Source of the DNA: Candidatus Aenigmatarchaeota archaeon
GTDB taxonomy: Archaea > Aenigmatarchaeota > Aenigmatarchaeia > QMZP01
DNA: 64,000 nucleotides
Reading direction: 5' to 3'
Assembly (NCBI GenBank): GCA_016783545.1
Contig: JADHWJ010000002.1
Coordinates: 1,617 to 65,616, forward strand
In this document: positions 55,311 through 64,000 of the stretch, piece by piece
Layout of the letters: every line of letters begins with the position of its first letter
How positions within the stretch are numbered: the first letter of the stretch is position 1
The notes under the pieces: model-generated
Database searches by the model: none
Told to the model about the DNA's origin: nothing
Seen by the model: the letters and a program-made list of their open reading frames with translations, nothing else
Translations under genes and position numbers: made by a program

Positions 55311-55823
55311 ATGAAAAACCGAATAGTTGGATTTCTGATAATAGGAATTGCAATTTTGATAGGCTTTATAATATATTCCTTTAACAGGGCAATGGTTACT
55401 ATAGTGAGTCAGTCCTGTTCTCATGGCTCAACATGCCCTATGTGGGGAAGCATTGATTTTCAGACGAATGTTAGTGCTGTGATAATGGTGTTTGTTGTCA
55501 TCATAGGCATATATCTCATATTTTTTGGAAAAGAAGAGAAAATAATCACTAAAATAGAAAAAGTACATGAACAGCTTGATCCAAAGAATATAACAAAGGA
55601 AAATTACAATGATATCTTGGAAAGTTTAAATGAAGAAGAAAGTGCAGTTTTTGAGAAGATAATTGAATCAAAAGGTTCTGTTTTACAGTCAAAACTAATA
55701 GATGATGAATTTACAAAAGTCAGAATTACAAGGATTTTGGATAGGCTTGAGGGTAGAAATCTTATAGAAAGAAAAAGACGCGGAATGACGAATATTGTTC
55801 TATTGAAACATTCAGGAAACTAG
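55311..55823 (+). CDS. Two-TM protein with C-terminal winged helix (membrane-bound regulator)
   Basis: CSHGSTC loop; VRITRILDRLEGRNLIERKRRGMTN. Confidence 0.8.
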   Translation: MKNRIVGFLIIGIAILIGFIIYSFNRAMVTIVSQSCSHGSTCPMWGSIDFQTNVSAVIMVFVVIIGIYLIFFGKEEKIITKIEKVHEQLDPKNITKENYNDILESLNEEESAVFEKIIESKGSVLQSKLIDDEFTKVRITRILDRLEGRNLIERKRRGMTNIVLLKHSGN

Positions 55824-55865
55824 TTTCACCCAAGGGATATATGGTGTTTCACCTTCGAATTCTAT

Positions 55866-56765
55866 ATGGAAAAGGAAATTTCTGTAAAAGGGATGACATG
55901 CAAGAACTGTTCAGATAAGATAGAAAAAGAATTAAAAGAAACTGATGGTGTAAAAGATGTTAAAATTGATCTTATCAAGGATACAGTAACTGTTAAATTT
56001 GATTCTGAGAAAGTAGACATTGAAAATATAAAATCAAAAATAGATGGTCTTGGTTATTCAACAGACGGGAAAACATCAAAAAACAGGACAATGATGGAGG
56101 GAATAGCATATGGCTTAATTCCTCATATAGGTTGCATTGCGTTTATTGTTGGTTCTATCTTGGGTGTTACTCTTTTAATGGAATTTTTTAGACCAATTCT
56201 AATGAATAGATGGTTTTTTCATATACTTTTTCTAGTATCAGTAGGTTTTGCAACACTTTCATCTGTTATATATTTGAGAAAGAATGGAATGTGCTCAGTT
56301 GCTGGTGCTAAGAAGAAGAGGACATATCTTGGAACAATGTATGGTTCTACAATAGGAATAAACCTGGTATTGTTCATGTTAATATTCCCATTACTTGCAA
56401 ACATTTCAGTTGCTGCACCTATAACAGGTGGTATCGTTGCTGCAAGTGATATGTCAAGTATAAAATTCCAGGTTGATATACCATGCCCTGGTCATGCGCC
56501 ATTGATATCACAAGAACTGAAAACAATAGATGGTGTTTTGGGAATAGAATTTAGTTTCCCTAACTATTTTGATGTAGATTATGATTCTTCAAGAACTTCA
56601 AAAGAAGAGATGCTCGAGCTAGAAGTTTTTGATGAATATCCTGCAACAGTTGTGGGCGGTGGTGTTAAACAAGCAGCACCAAGAACTATTGCTTCAGGCG
56701 GCAGCTGTGGTGGTAGTTGTGGAGGAAGTAGTTGCGGCGGGAGCAGCTGTGGTTGTGGTGGATAA
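55866..56765 (+). CDS. Heavy-metal-associated (HMA) domain membrane protein
   Basis: GMTCKNC, PHIGCI, IPCPGH, Cys/Gly tail. Confidence 0.85.
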   Translation: MEKEISVKGMTCKNCSDKIEKELKETDGVKDVKIDLIKDTVTVKFDSEKVDIENIKSKIDGLGYSTDGKTSKNRTMMEGIAYGLIPHIGCIAFIVGSILGVTLLMEFFRPILMNRWFFHILFLVSVGFATLSSVIYLRKNGMCSVAGAKKKRTYLGTMYGSTIGINLVLFMLIFPLLANISVAAPITGGIVAASDMSSIKFQVDIPCPGHAPLISQELKTIDGVLGIEFSFPNYFDVDYDSSRTSKEEMLELEVFDEYPATVVGGGVKQAAPRTIASGGSCGGSCGGSSCGGSSCGCGG

Positions 56766-56777
56766 TAGGAGGATAAG

Positions 56778-57224
56778 ATGAATAAAATTTTTGCTGGTAT
56801 AGGAGTTTTGGTTATTATAGCAGTAATTGCATTGGTTCCTGGTATGTTCGGAACAACGGGTAATATAGTAACAGAAGGTGCATTTACAATACCTATAACA
56901 GAGATATCAGAAACAGCAAAGTTCTATGAATATGATTCAAATGGTGTTACAGTAAGATTCTTTGTGGTAAAAGCAAATGACGGTAATATTAAAACAGCGT
57001 TTGATGCATGTGATGTCTGTTATAGAAGCAAAAAGGGTTACAGACAAGATGGAGAATATATGGTATGCAATAACTGCGGAAATAAATATCCTATAACTGG
57101 TCTAGGAACAGAAAACAGAAACCCTGGTGGATGTTGGCCAAGTTACTTGGCAAGTATTATAATTGGAAATGAACTTATAATACAAAAATCAGATATTGAT
57201 AAGGGAAGAACAAGCTTTGCCTAA
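56778..57224 (+). CDS. DUF2318 membrane iron-sulfur protein
   Basis: FDACDVC..KGY..CNNCG..GGCWP. Confidence 0.85.
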   Translation: MNKIFAGIGVLVIIAVIALVPGMFGTTGNIVTEGAFTIPITEISETAKFYEYDSNGVTVRFFVVKANDGNIKTAFDACDVCYRSKKGYRQDGEYMVCNNCGNKYPITGLGTENRNPGGCWPSYLASIIIGNELIIQKSDIDKGRTSFA

Positions 57225-57262
57225 TAAAGAATTCTTCCTATTTTATTTTATATGGTGTTAAA

Positions 57263-59440
57263 ATGAAGAGCACAATTAAGATATCAGGTATGCATTGCGC
57301 GTCATGTGCACAAAACATAGAGTCATCTATAGGAAAAATGGATGGTGTTATATCTGCAAGCGTTAATTTTGCTTCTGAAAAACTTACAGTGGAATTTAAT
57401 GAGAATGTTACTGAGAATCAGATAAAGAAAGCTGTTGAAAAGCTGGGCTTTAAAACAGCTGATGGATCAGTTGATACAGAGAAAAAAGAAAGAGAAAAAG
57501 AGATGCAAAGTTTGAAAAGAAAATTCCTGTTATCATTGGCACTCTCAATTCCTATTTTTATAATCTCAATGATTCTTGATATGTGGTTTGGTATGTCTAT
57601 ACCGTTTAAGAATGAAATATTATTGATTTTGACAATACCGGTTCAGTTTGTTGTTGGTTATGGTTTCTATAAGGGCACGTTTACAGCACTGAAAGCAAAA
57701 ACAGCGAGTATGGATACGCTAGTGGCAATAGGCACATCTGCTGCATTTATCTACAGTATACTTGTCATGGTATTTCCAGGGCTTTTTGGAAGTCATGTGT
57801 ATTTTGAAACATCCGCTGTTTTGATAACATTCATAATATTTGGAAGATGGCTTGAAGCAATAACAAAGGGAAAGACCTCAGAAGCTATTAAAAAACTTGT
57901 CGGGCTTCAGCCAAAAACAGCCATAGTTATCAGGAAAGGTAAAGAGACTGAGATTCCGATTGAAGACGTGGTTGTTGGTGATGTTATTTTAGTCAAACCA
58001 GGACAGAAAATACCTGTTGACGGTGTTATTGTTGATGGTCATTCTTCTGTTGATGAATCCATGATAACAGGAGAGAGTATACCTGTTGAGAAAGGAAAAG
58101 GTGATACTGTAATTGGTGCAACCATTAATAAACATGGTTCTTTCAGGTTTAGGGCAACCAAAGTTGGAAAGGATACTGCATTATATCAGATAATAAAACT
58201 CGTTGAAGATGCACAGGGTAGCAAGGCACCAATCCAGAGAATTGCAGATAGAGTAAGCAGTTACTTTGTTCCTGCTGTTATTTTGATAGCTCTTCTAAGC
58301 TTCTCATTGTGGTTCTTTGTTATCGGACAGACATTTATTTTCAGCTTGACGGTTTTTGTTGCTGTGATAATAATAGCATGTCCTTGTTCTCTTGGATTGG
58401 CTACACCAACAGCAATAATGGTTGGTACAGGAAAAGGAGCTGAGAATGGTGTTCTTATCAAGGGTGCAGAAGCACTTGAGAATGCACACAAGCTTACAAC
58501 TATAGTTTTTGATAAGACAGGAACATTAACAAAAGGAAAGCCTGTTGTAACTGATATTGTAAATGTAGGAAAAATGAACAAGAATGATATAATAAAATAT
58601 GCTGCTATTCTTGAAAAGAAATCAGAACATCCACTTGCAGAAGCTATTATGAATAAAGCAAAAGGCAAGATACCCGAAGCCAGTTCTTTCAAAGCCATTC
58701 CAGGATATGGTATAACAGGAAAATATGGAAAACAAGATATATTGTTTGGAAACCTGAAACTAATTAAGAAAAATAAGATAGTTATTGATGATATTGAAGA
58801 AAAAGTAGCACAGCTAGAAGGTCAGGGAAAGACAACAATGATACTCTCAGTTAATAAAAAAGCTGTTGGAATAATAGCTGTTGCTGATGTTCTGAAAAAG
58901 AATTCAAAAAGTGCTGTTGAAAGACTTAAAAAAATGGGTAAAGATGTATTCATGATTACAGGGGATAATGAAAGAACAGCCAGGGCAATCGGAAGCCAGC
59001 TTGGAATAACAAATATACTAGCAGAAGTTTTGCCAGAAGAAAAGGAAAAAGAGATTGGAAAGCTTCAAAAATCAGGAAAAGTTGTTGCTATGGTTGGTGA
59101 TGGAATAAATGATGCACCTGCATTAGCAAAGGCAGACATAGGCATTGCTCTAGGAGCAGGAACTGATGTTGCTCTGGAAACAGGACAGATTATTCTTGTA
59201 AAAGACGATCCCAAAGACGTGGCAACAGCAATAGATTTAAGCAATTATACAATCAAAAAGATTAGGCAGAACCTATTCTGGGCATTCTTTTACAATTCTG
59301 TTGGCATACCAATTGCAGCAGGTATTTTGTACCCATTCACAGGGTTCTTACTAAATCCAATGATTGCAGGAGCTGCAATGGCTTTAAGCTCTGTGAGCGT
59401 TGTTTCAAATTCTTTGCTCATGAAAAGGTACAAGAAGTAA
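57263..59440 (+). CDS. copA: Copper-translocating P1B-type ATPase
   Basis: [37 protein letters not shown]. Confidence 0.96.
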   Translation: MKSTIKISGMHCASCAQNIESSIGKMDGVISASVNFASEKLTVEFNENVTENQIKKAVEKLGFKTADGSVDTEKKEREKEMQSLKRKFLLSLALSIPIFIISMILDMWFGMSIPFKNEILLILTIPVQFVVGYGFYKGTFTALKAKTASMDTLVAIGTSAAFIYSILVMVFPGLFGSHVYFETSAVLITFIIFGRWLEAITKGKTSEAIKKLVGLQPKTAIVIRKGKETEIPIEDVVVGDVILVKPGQKIPVDGVIVDGHSSVDESMITGESIPVEKGKGDTVIGATINKHGSFRFRATKVGKDTALYQIIKLVEDAQGSKAPIQRIADRVSSYFVPAVILIALLSFSLWFFVIGQTFIFSLTVFVAVIIIACPCSLGLATPTAIMVGTGKGAENGVLIKGAEALENAHKLTTIVFDKTGTLTKGKPVVTDIVNVGKMNKNDIIKYAAILEKKSEHPLAEAIMNKAKGKIPEASSFKAIPGYGITGKYGKQDILFGNLKLIKKNKIVIDDIEEKVAQLEGQGKTTMILSVNKKAVGIIAVADVLKKNSKSAVERLKKMGKDVFMITGDNERTARAIGSQLGITNILAEVLPEEKEKEIGKLQKSGKVVAMVGDGINDAPALAKADIGIALGAGTDVALETGQIILVKDDPKDVATAIDLSNYTIKKIRQNLFWAFFYNSVGIPIAAGILYPFTGFLLNPMIAGAAMALSSVSVVSNSLLMKRYKK

Positions 59441-59470
59441 TATATATTAATATATAATAGAATTGATATT

Positions 59471-60670
59471 ATGGATGAAAAAATACGCTCTGATTTCCCT
59501 GTATTGAATAGGGAAGGCAAACCAATAATATACCTGGATTCGGCATGTCAAACTCTTAGACCAAACCAGGTAATTGACAAGATAAATGAATACTATAAAG
59601 AATATCCTGCTTGTGGGGGAAGAAGCCTTCATAAACTAGGTAAAATGGTTGATGAGAAGGTCATAGAAAGCAGAAAAAGAATGCAGAAATTCATTGGAGC
59701 AAAGAAGTCAGAAGAGGTTATTTTTACTAAAAACACAACAGAAGGGATAAACATTATTTTGAACTCACTTTCTCTGAAGTCAGGAGATGCTGTTATAACA
59801 ACTGACAAAGAACACAATTCAGTTCTTTTACCAGTACAGTTCCTTGCAAAAAGAAAAGGCATTGAACATAAGATAACAAAATCAAATGATGATGGAACAT
59901 TTAATCTGGATAAATTTCAAGAACTGCTTACACCAGAGGTAAAATTGGTTTCAGTTGTTCATACTTCTAATATAGACGGGTTTACAAACCCTGCAAAAGA
60001 GATAGTTAAAGCAGCGCATGATAATGGAAGCTTAGTGCTTTTGGATGGAGCACAGTCTGTTCCTCATAAGGAAGTAGATGTGAAAAAACTAGATGTTGAT
60101 TTCCTTGCATTTTCAGGTCATAAAATGTGTGGACCTTCTGGTACAGGAATTCTATATGGTAAATATGATCTTCTGAAAAATATGGAACCTATTTTTGTTG
60201 GCGGTGAAACAGTCTCTAATTCAACATATACAACAAGTGAAATGGAAAACCCACCAGAGAGATTTGAACCAGGTCTTCAGAACTATGCTGGTATGGTAGG
60301 TCTTGCAGAAGCAGCAAGATATTTACAGAAGATTGGAATGGATAAGATACAGAGACATGATGTTGAATTAAACAAATATCTGACAGAAAATGCAAGAGAT
60401 TTAGGTCTTCAAATATTAGGGCCTAGTGACCCAGGTCTAAGAAGCGGAGTCTTTTCTTTTAATATAAAGGGCCTTGACCCTCATGAAATAGCTATTATGT
60501 TGGATCATACAAACAATATAGCAGTAAGATCTGGCATGCATTGTGTGCATTCATGGTTTAATGAAAACGAAATAAAAGGTTCTGTTAGAGCTTCAATGTA
60601 TTTCTATAACACTAAAGAAGAAATAGAAACATTTATATCAACGCTTAAGGAAATAATTAAACTAAGATAA
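59471..60670 (+). CDS. sufS: Cysteine desulfurase, SufS/CsdA class
   Basis: YLDSA, FTKNTTE, DGAQS, FSGHKMCGP, RSGMHC. Confidence 0.9.
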   Translation: MDEKIRSDFPVLNREGKPIIYLDSACQTLRPNQVIDKINEYYKEYPACGGRSLHKLGKMVDEKVIESRKRMQKFIGAKKSEEVIFTKNTTEGINIILNSLSLKSGDAVITTDKEHNSVLLPVQFLAKRKGIEHKITKSNDDGTFNLDKFQELLTPEVKLVSVVHTSNIDGFTNPAKEIVKAAHDNGSLVLLDGAQSVPHKEVDVKKLDVDFLAFSGHKMCGPSGTGILYGKYDLLKNMEPIFVGGETVSNSTYTTSEMENPPERFEPGLQNYAGMVGLAEAARYLQKIGMDKIQRHDVELNKYLTENARDLGLQILGPSDPGLRSGVFSFNIKGLDPHEIAIMLDHTNNIAVRSGMHCVHSWFNENEIKGSVRASMYFYNTKEEIETFISTLKEIIKLR

Positions 60671-60674
60671 TTTT

Positions 60675-61127
60675 GTGAATATTATGGTTGCATGTATTAT
60701 TGCTCTGATTGTACTTGCCTTTATGGCACTGTTTTCAGCAAAATATAGGGTATGGTTTAGGGAAGCGCTTTCTTGCGTTACCCGAAGATTTGTGTTAAAG
60801 TCGTGTAATACAGGGTTTGACTCTAAAGTTAAATCTGTTGTAACAGCAAAACTTCTAAAGAAGAATGTAAAAATGGCAAGATTCACCCACAAATATTTTG
60901 AGGCAATCTCCTGGATATTTATGATAATATTTGTAGTTTCATTGGTTTTTACAGCATATGGATTATATAATATAGCTGTTTATGGGAGCTGCGATCCACA
61001 GAATCCAGATATGTGTGTGCTTACACCAGGAATAAGCTCTTGTTCACACGAATGCCCAGAAGGTAATTGTCAGGCTAGTATGGTTCCCTGTGATACATGT
61101 GGTTGTTCTGGAGAGGAATGTAGCTGA
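60675..61127 (+). CDS. Membrane protein with Cys-rich C-terminus
   Basis: Two TM segments, GSCDPQ..C motif. Confidence 0.75.
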   Translation: MNIMVACIIALIVLAFMALFSAKYRVWFREALSCVTRRFVLKSCNTGFDSKVKSVVTAKLLKKNVKMARFTHKYFEAISWIFMIIFVVSLVFTAYGLYNIAVYGSCDPQNPDMCVLTPGISSCSHECPEGNCQASMVPCDTCGCSGEECS

Positions 61128-61252
61128 TTTTTAACCAAAAACCTATTTAAATAACCCAAAAACCATTATATATATAAACTATTTCTTCTAATTTCTATGA
61201 ATTAGAGGTAGTGGTTTAATAACCAAAAATCCATATAATTAAGTGAAAAAAT

Positions 61253-61828
61253 ATGTATAAAATAATATCAGTTGATGACAAGGTAAGGGTTTCTCCTTCA
61301 AAGTTCAATATGGACTTTGAAAAGGCAGTAAAATCCAGTCTTGAAGATAAATGGGAAGGTGTTATAAATCCTGATTTGGGAGTAATATTGGCAGTTATAT
61401 CAATAGAGAACATAAAAGAAGGTAGGATATTCCCTGGTGATGGTGCAATTCACTATCCAGTGGGATTCAAGCTATTGACGTTTATACCAGAAAACCATGA
61501 GCTGATTAAGGGAAATATAATAGATGTTACAGAATTTGGCGCATTTGTGAACCTAGGACCTTTGGATGGAATGATACACGTATCACAGATAATGAATGAT
61601 TTTGTTTCCTTTGATGAAAAGAAAGCTGTGTTTGTAGGAAGGGATAGCAAAAGGATTTTGAAAGAAGGTGACCAGGTCATGGCAAGGATAATATCTGTCT
61701 CATATGCTGGAAACCAGTTCAAAATAGGATTGACAACAAGGCAGGCAGGTCTTGGTGCGTTGTTATGGATAGATGCTGATAAGAAAGCTGCGAAAAAAGC
61801 CGCAGCTCCGGTAAAGAAAAAGGAATAA
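61253..61828 (+). CDS. rpo7: RNA polymerase subunit Rpo7 (E')
   Basis: PGDGAIHY, FGAFVNLGPLDGMIHVSQI, KIGLTTRQAGLG. Confidence 0.96.
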   Translation: MYKIISVDDKVRVSPSKFNMDFEKAVKSSLEDKWEGVINPDLGVILAVISIENIKEGRIFPGDGAIHYPVGFKLLTFIPENHELIKGNIIDVTEFGAFVNLGPLDGMIHVSQIMNDFVSFDEKKAVFVGRDSKRILKEGDQVMARIISVSYAGNQFKIGLTTRQAGLGALLWIDADKKAAKKAAAPVKKKE

Positions 61829-61830
61829 AT

Positions 61831-62022
61831 ATGTCTAGTAAAGAAAAAGTTTGCAGGGATTGTAAAAGATTTGTTCAGGGGAACACATGCCCTGTATGTA
61901 GGCAGTCAAATTTCTCTCGTTCATGGAAGGGTACTGTTCTAATAGTGGATCCAGAAGGTTCTGAAATAGCACAAAGTTTGAGTATAACTGTTCCTGGAAA
62001 ATATGCTCTTTGGGTGAGATAA
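61831..62022 (+). CDS. spt4: Transcription elongation factor Spt4
   Basis: CRDC..CPVC..W.G..PGKYALWVR. Confidence 0.95.
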   Translation: MSSKEKVCRDCKRFVQGNTCPVCRQSNFSRSWKGTVLIVDPEGSEIAQSLSITVPGKYALWVR

Positions 62023-62023
62023 T

Positions 62024-62434
62024 ATGGCAGAAATTCTAGAACAAAAAAAGAATCCTTTGTTAAAAAGGGAAGAATCTTGGATTTTAATAGAACATAAAGG
62101 AAAACCCACTCCAAAGAGAGATGAAATACTCTCAGAAATTTCAAAAGTTTTAAAATCTAAAGACGAATTAATAATTATAGATAAAGTGTTTTCCCAGAAA
62201 GGCAAGTCAGCTTCCAGAGTAAAAGTACTGGCTTATTCGAAAAAAGAAGACATACCAGAATCAAAGCTGGAAAAAATGAAAAGAAGGGCTTTGCCATTGG
62301 GTAAGAGAGGAAAATCAAAAGAAGGCGAAGCTTCTGGAGACGCTCCAAGCGAAGCTCCTACTAAAGCAACGGAAAAACCTTCTAAAAAGGAACCACCAAA
62401 AGAAGAACCACCAAAAGAAGATGAAAAGAAGTGA
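62024..62434 (+). CDS. rps24e: 30S ribosomal protein S24e
   Basis: KKNPLLKREE..TPKRDE; low-complexity tail. Confidence 0.88.
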   Translation: MAEILEQKKNPLLKREESWILIEHKGKPTPKRDEILSEISKVLKSKDELIIIDKVFSQKGKSASRVKVLAYSKKEDIPESKLEKMKRRALPLGKRGKSKEGEASGDAPSEAPTKATEKPSKKEPPKEEPPKEDEKK

Positions 62435-62444
62435 TAATGATTTT

Positions 62445-63191
62445 ATGAAATACGATCTACAGGGCTCAACAATGCAGATGTTGAATATTGAGATACCAGA
62501 AGGTAAAACAATAATTTCTGAATCAGGTAGAATGGTTTACATGACTGATAATATTCAGATGGAAACTAAATCAAAAGGCGGTTTCTGGTCTGGTGTGAAA
62601 AGAAAGTTTGCAGGTGAAAGTTTTTTCCTTGTTAATTTCAGTTCAATTGGTTCAAAAGGTTTAGTGGCATTTGGTTCAGAATTTCCAGGGAAGATAGTGC
62701 CAATGAAGCTCGTAGCAGGGCAGGAAATCATTGCACAGAAAGACGCATTTCTCTGCGCAGAAGATACTGTTAATTTTGATGCTACATGGGCAAGAAAACT
62801 AGGTGCGGGTGTACTTGGTGGCGAAGGTCTTATACTTATCAAAGTTAGAGGTCCTGGTACTTGTTTTTTCAATGTTGGTGGTGAGATAAGCGAGATAAAT
62901 CTGAAAGCAGGCCAGAAAATAAGGGTTGATACAGGAAACCTTGCTATGTTTGATTCTTCTATAACATATAGCGTTGAAAGAGTAAAAGGTGTAAGGAATA
63001 TGATTTGGGGTGGCGAAGGTCTTTTCCTTGCCACATGCACAGGTCCAGGAAGGGTCTGGGTTCAAAGTCTTCCAATAAATGAATTTGCAGGAAAGATCGC
63101 TGAATATCTTCCTTCTCAGAGAAGAGGTGGAGGTAGCCTTGCTGCAATGGCTGCTGGCGGGGTTATAGGTAGTGTTCTTTCAAGTAGGTGA
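62445..63191 (+). CDS. AIM24 family (TIGR00266) protein
   Basis: SESGRMVY, GESFFLV, QKDAFLC, GGEGLFL, GPGRVWVQSLP. Confidence 0.92.
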   Translation: MKYDLQGSTMQMLNIEIPEGKTIISESGRMVYMTDNIQMETKSKGGFWSGVKRKFAGESFFLVNFSSIGSKGLVAFGSEFPGKIVPMKLVAGQEIIAQKDAFLCAEDTVNFDATWARKLGAGVLGGEGLILIKVRGPGTCFFNVGGEISEINLKAGQKIRVDTGNLAMFDSSITYSVERVKGVRNMIWGGEGLFLATCTGPGRVWVQSLPINEFAGKIAEYLPSQRRGGGSLAAMAAGGVIGSVLSSR

Positions 63192-63195
63192 ATAA

Positions 63196-63510
63196 ATGCC
63201 AGAAAAAACCTTTTTCGGAAAGCTTATTTTATATGTTCTTTTAGGTCTTGTTACGATTGCCTTAACATCTGCTGTTTTGTTTTTCGTTGTTTTGGCATTG
63301 ATACCATATGCTAAATTAATGGCAATGGGAATGATTGGAATAATTTTGCTTATAACTATAGCATTTTTTACGTTTATTGCCATCTACATAGCGCTTTTTG
63401 TGGGTATTTTCATGCGTTATGTTTTTAAATCTATGAATGTAAGTAAAGTTAATAAAAAGTATGCAATTAACAGTGTAAAAGAAGCAGGCAGAAGAAAAAA
63501 AGGTAAATAA
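63196..63510 (+). CDS. Membrane protein
   Basis: Long hydrophobic stretch and basic tail. Confidence 0.7.
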   Translation: MPEKTFFGKLILYVLLGLVTIALTSAVLFFVVLALIPYAKLMAMGMIGIILLITIAFFTFIAIYIALFVGIFMRYVFKSMNVSKVNKKYAINSVKEAGRRKKGK

Positions 63511-63588
63511 TTATGGTTGAGCCTGCTTTTAGAGCCCAAGGGCGTCTACCAAAAGCAGGCGGGCAAAACCCAAGGAAGGAAAATAATT

Positions 63589-63984
63589 ATGGTTGAAGAA
63601 GAAAAAAAAGAAGAAGTGAAAGAAGAAGCAAAAACAGAAGAAAAAGCAGAGGAAGCCCTAGAAGCTAAAGCTTCTGGGTCCCAGAGTTCCGAAGGAAACT
63701 CTAGGGCTCCAAAGGAAGAGAAGCTAGAAGTAGAGGGTGCTAGACCCAAAGAAGAAAAAGAGGTAAAAAAAGAAAAGCACGTAGAAAAGAAAGGCAAAAG
63801 GGTAAGAACAGGCAGAAAGCATGAGTCTGTTAAGCCAAATTCTTATTTTGATATTCAGGGTGACAAAATTATAAGAAAGGGCACTAACTGCCCAAGATGT
63901 GGTCCAGGTACTTTGCTAGCAAAGCATAAAGACAGGCAAACATGTGGAAGATGCGGTCTAACAGCTTTTGAAAACACTGATTAA
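63589..63984 (+). CDS. rps27ae: 30S ribosomal protein S27ae with long charged N-terminal extension
   Basis: [23 protein letters not shown]. Confidence 0.92.
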   Translation: MVEEEKKEEVKEEAKTEEKAEEALEAKASGSQSSEGNSRAPKEEKLEVEGARPKEEKEVKKEKHVEKKGKRVRTGRKHESVKPNSYFDIQGDKIIRKGTNCPRCGPGTLLAKHKDRQTCGRCGLTAFENTD

Positions 63985-64000
63985 GTTTATTTATATATTT

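Overview
Low-GC archaeal chromosome segment of DPANN type (Aenigmatarchaeota-like, by inference). The core genes are porC/porD/porA (porA carries a ~527-aa LAGLIDADG intein), an ABC transporter, aCPSF1-psmB, pelota, kae1, ileS, endA, ttuA, copA, sufS and rpo7-spt4-rps24e-rps27ae, plus five toxin-antitoxin pairs. The main unexplained structure is nine visibly GC-richer islands (about 0.4-3.9 kb) carrying orphan exported or membrane proteins with bacterial-style AGGAGG RBS. Their features include a prepilin N-methylation motif, a lipobox and an STN-like domain, and one island holds a ~1.15-kb ORF-less, highly structured RNA candidate. All nine end, in the orientation of their cargo, with a variable hairpin followed by a conserved site (consensus TTATA-TTGTCATYTTAANGGGA). 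Five start with a shared AGAGAA..TTTCTTAG leader. The same site also separates toxin-antitoxin modules, suggesting an undescribed cassette/capture or dedicated-expression system; no cognate recombinase is visible in the window. No rRNA, complete tRNA or CRISPR array was seen. GC contrasts and RNA pairings were judged by eye, and family assignments come from motif recognition without database searches.
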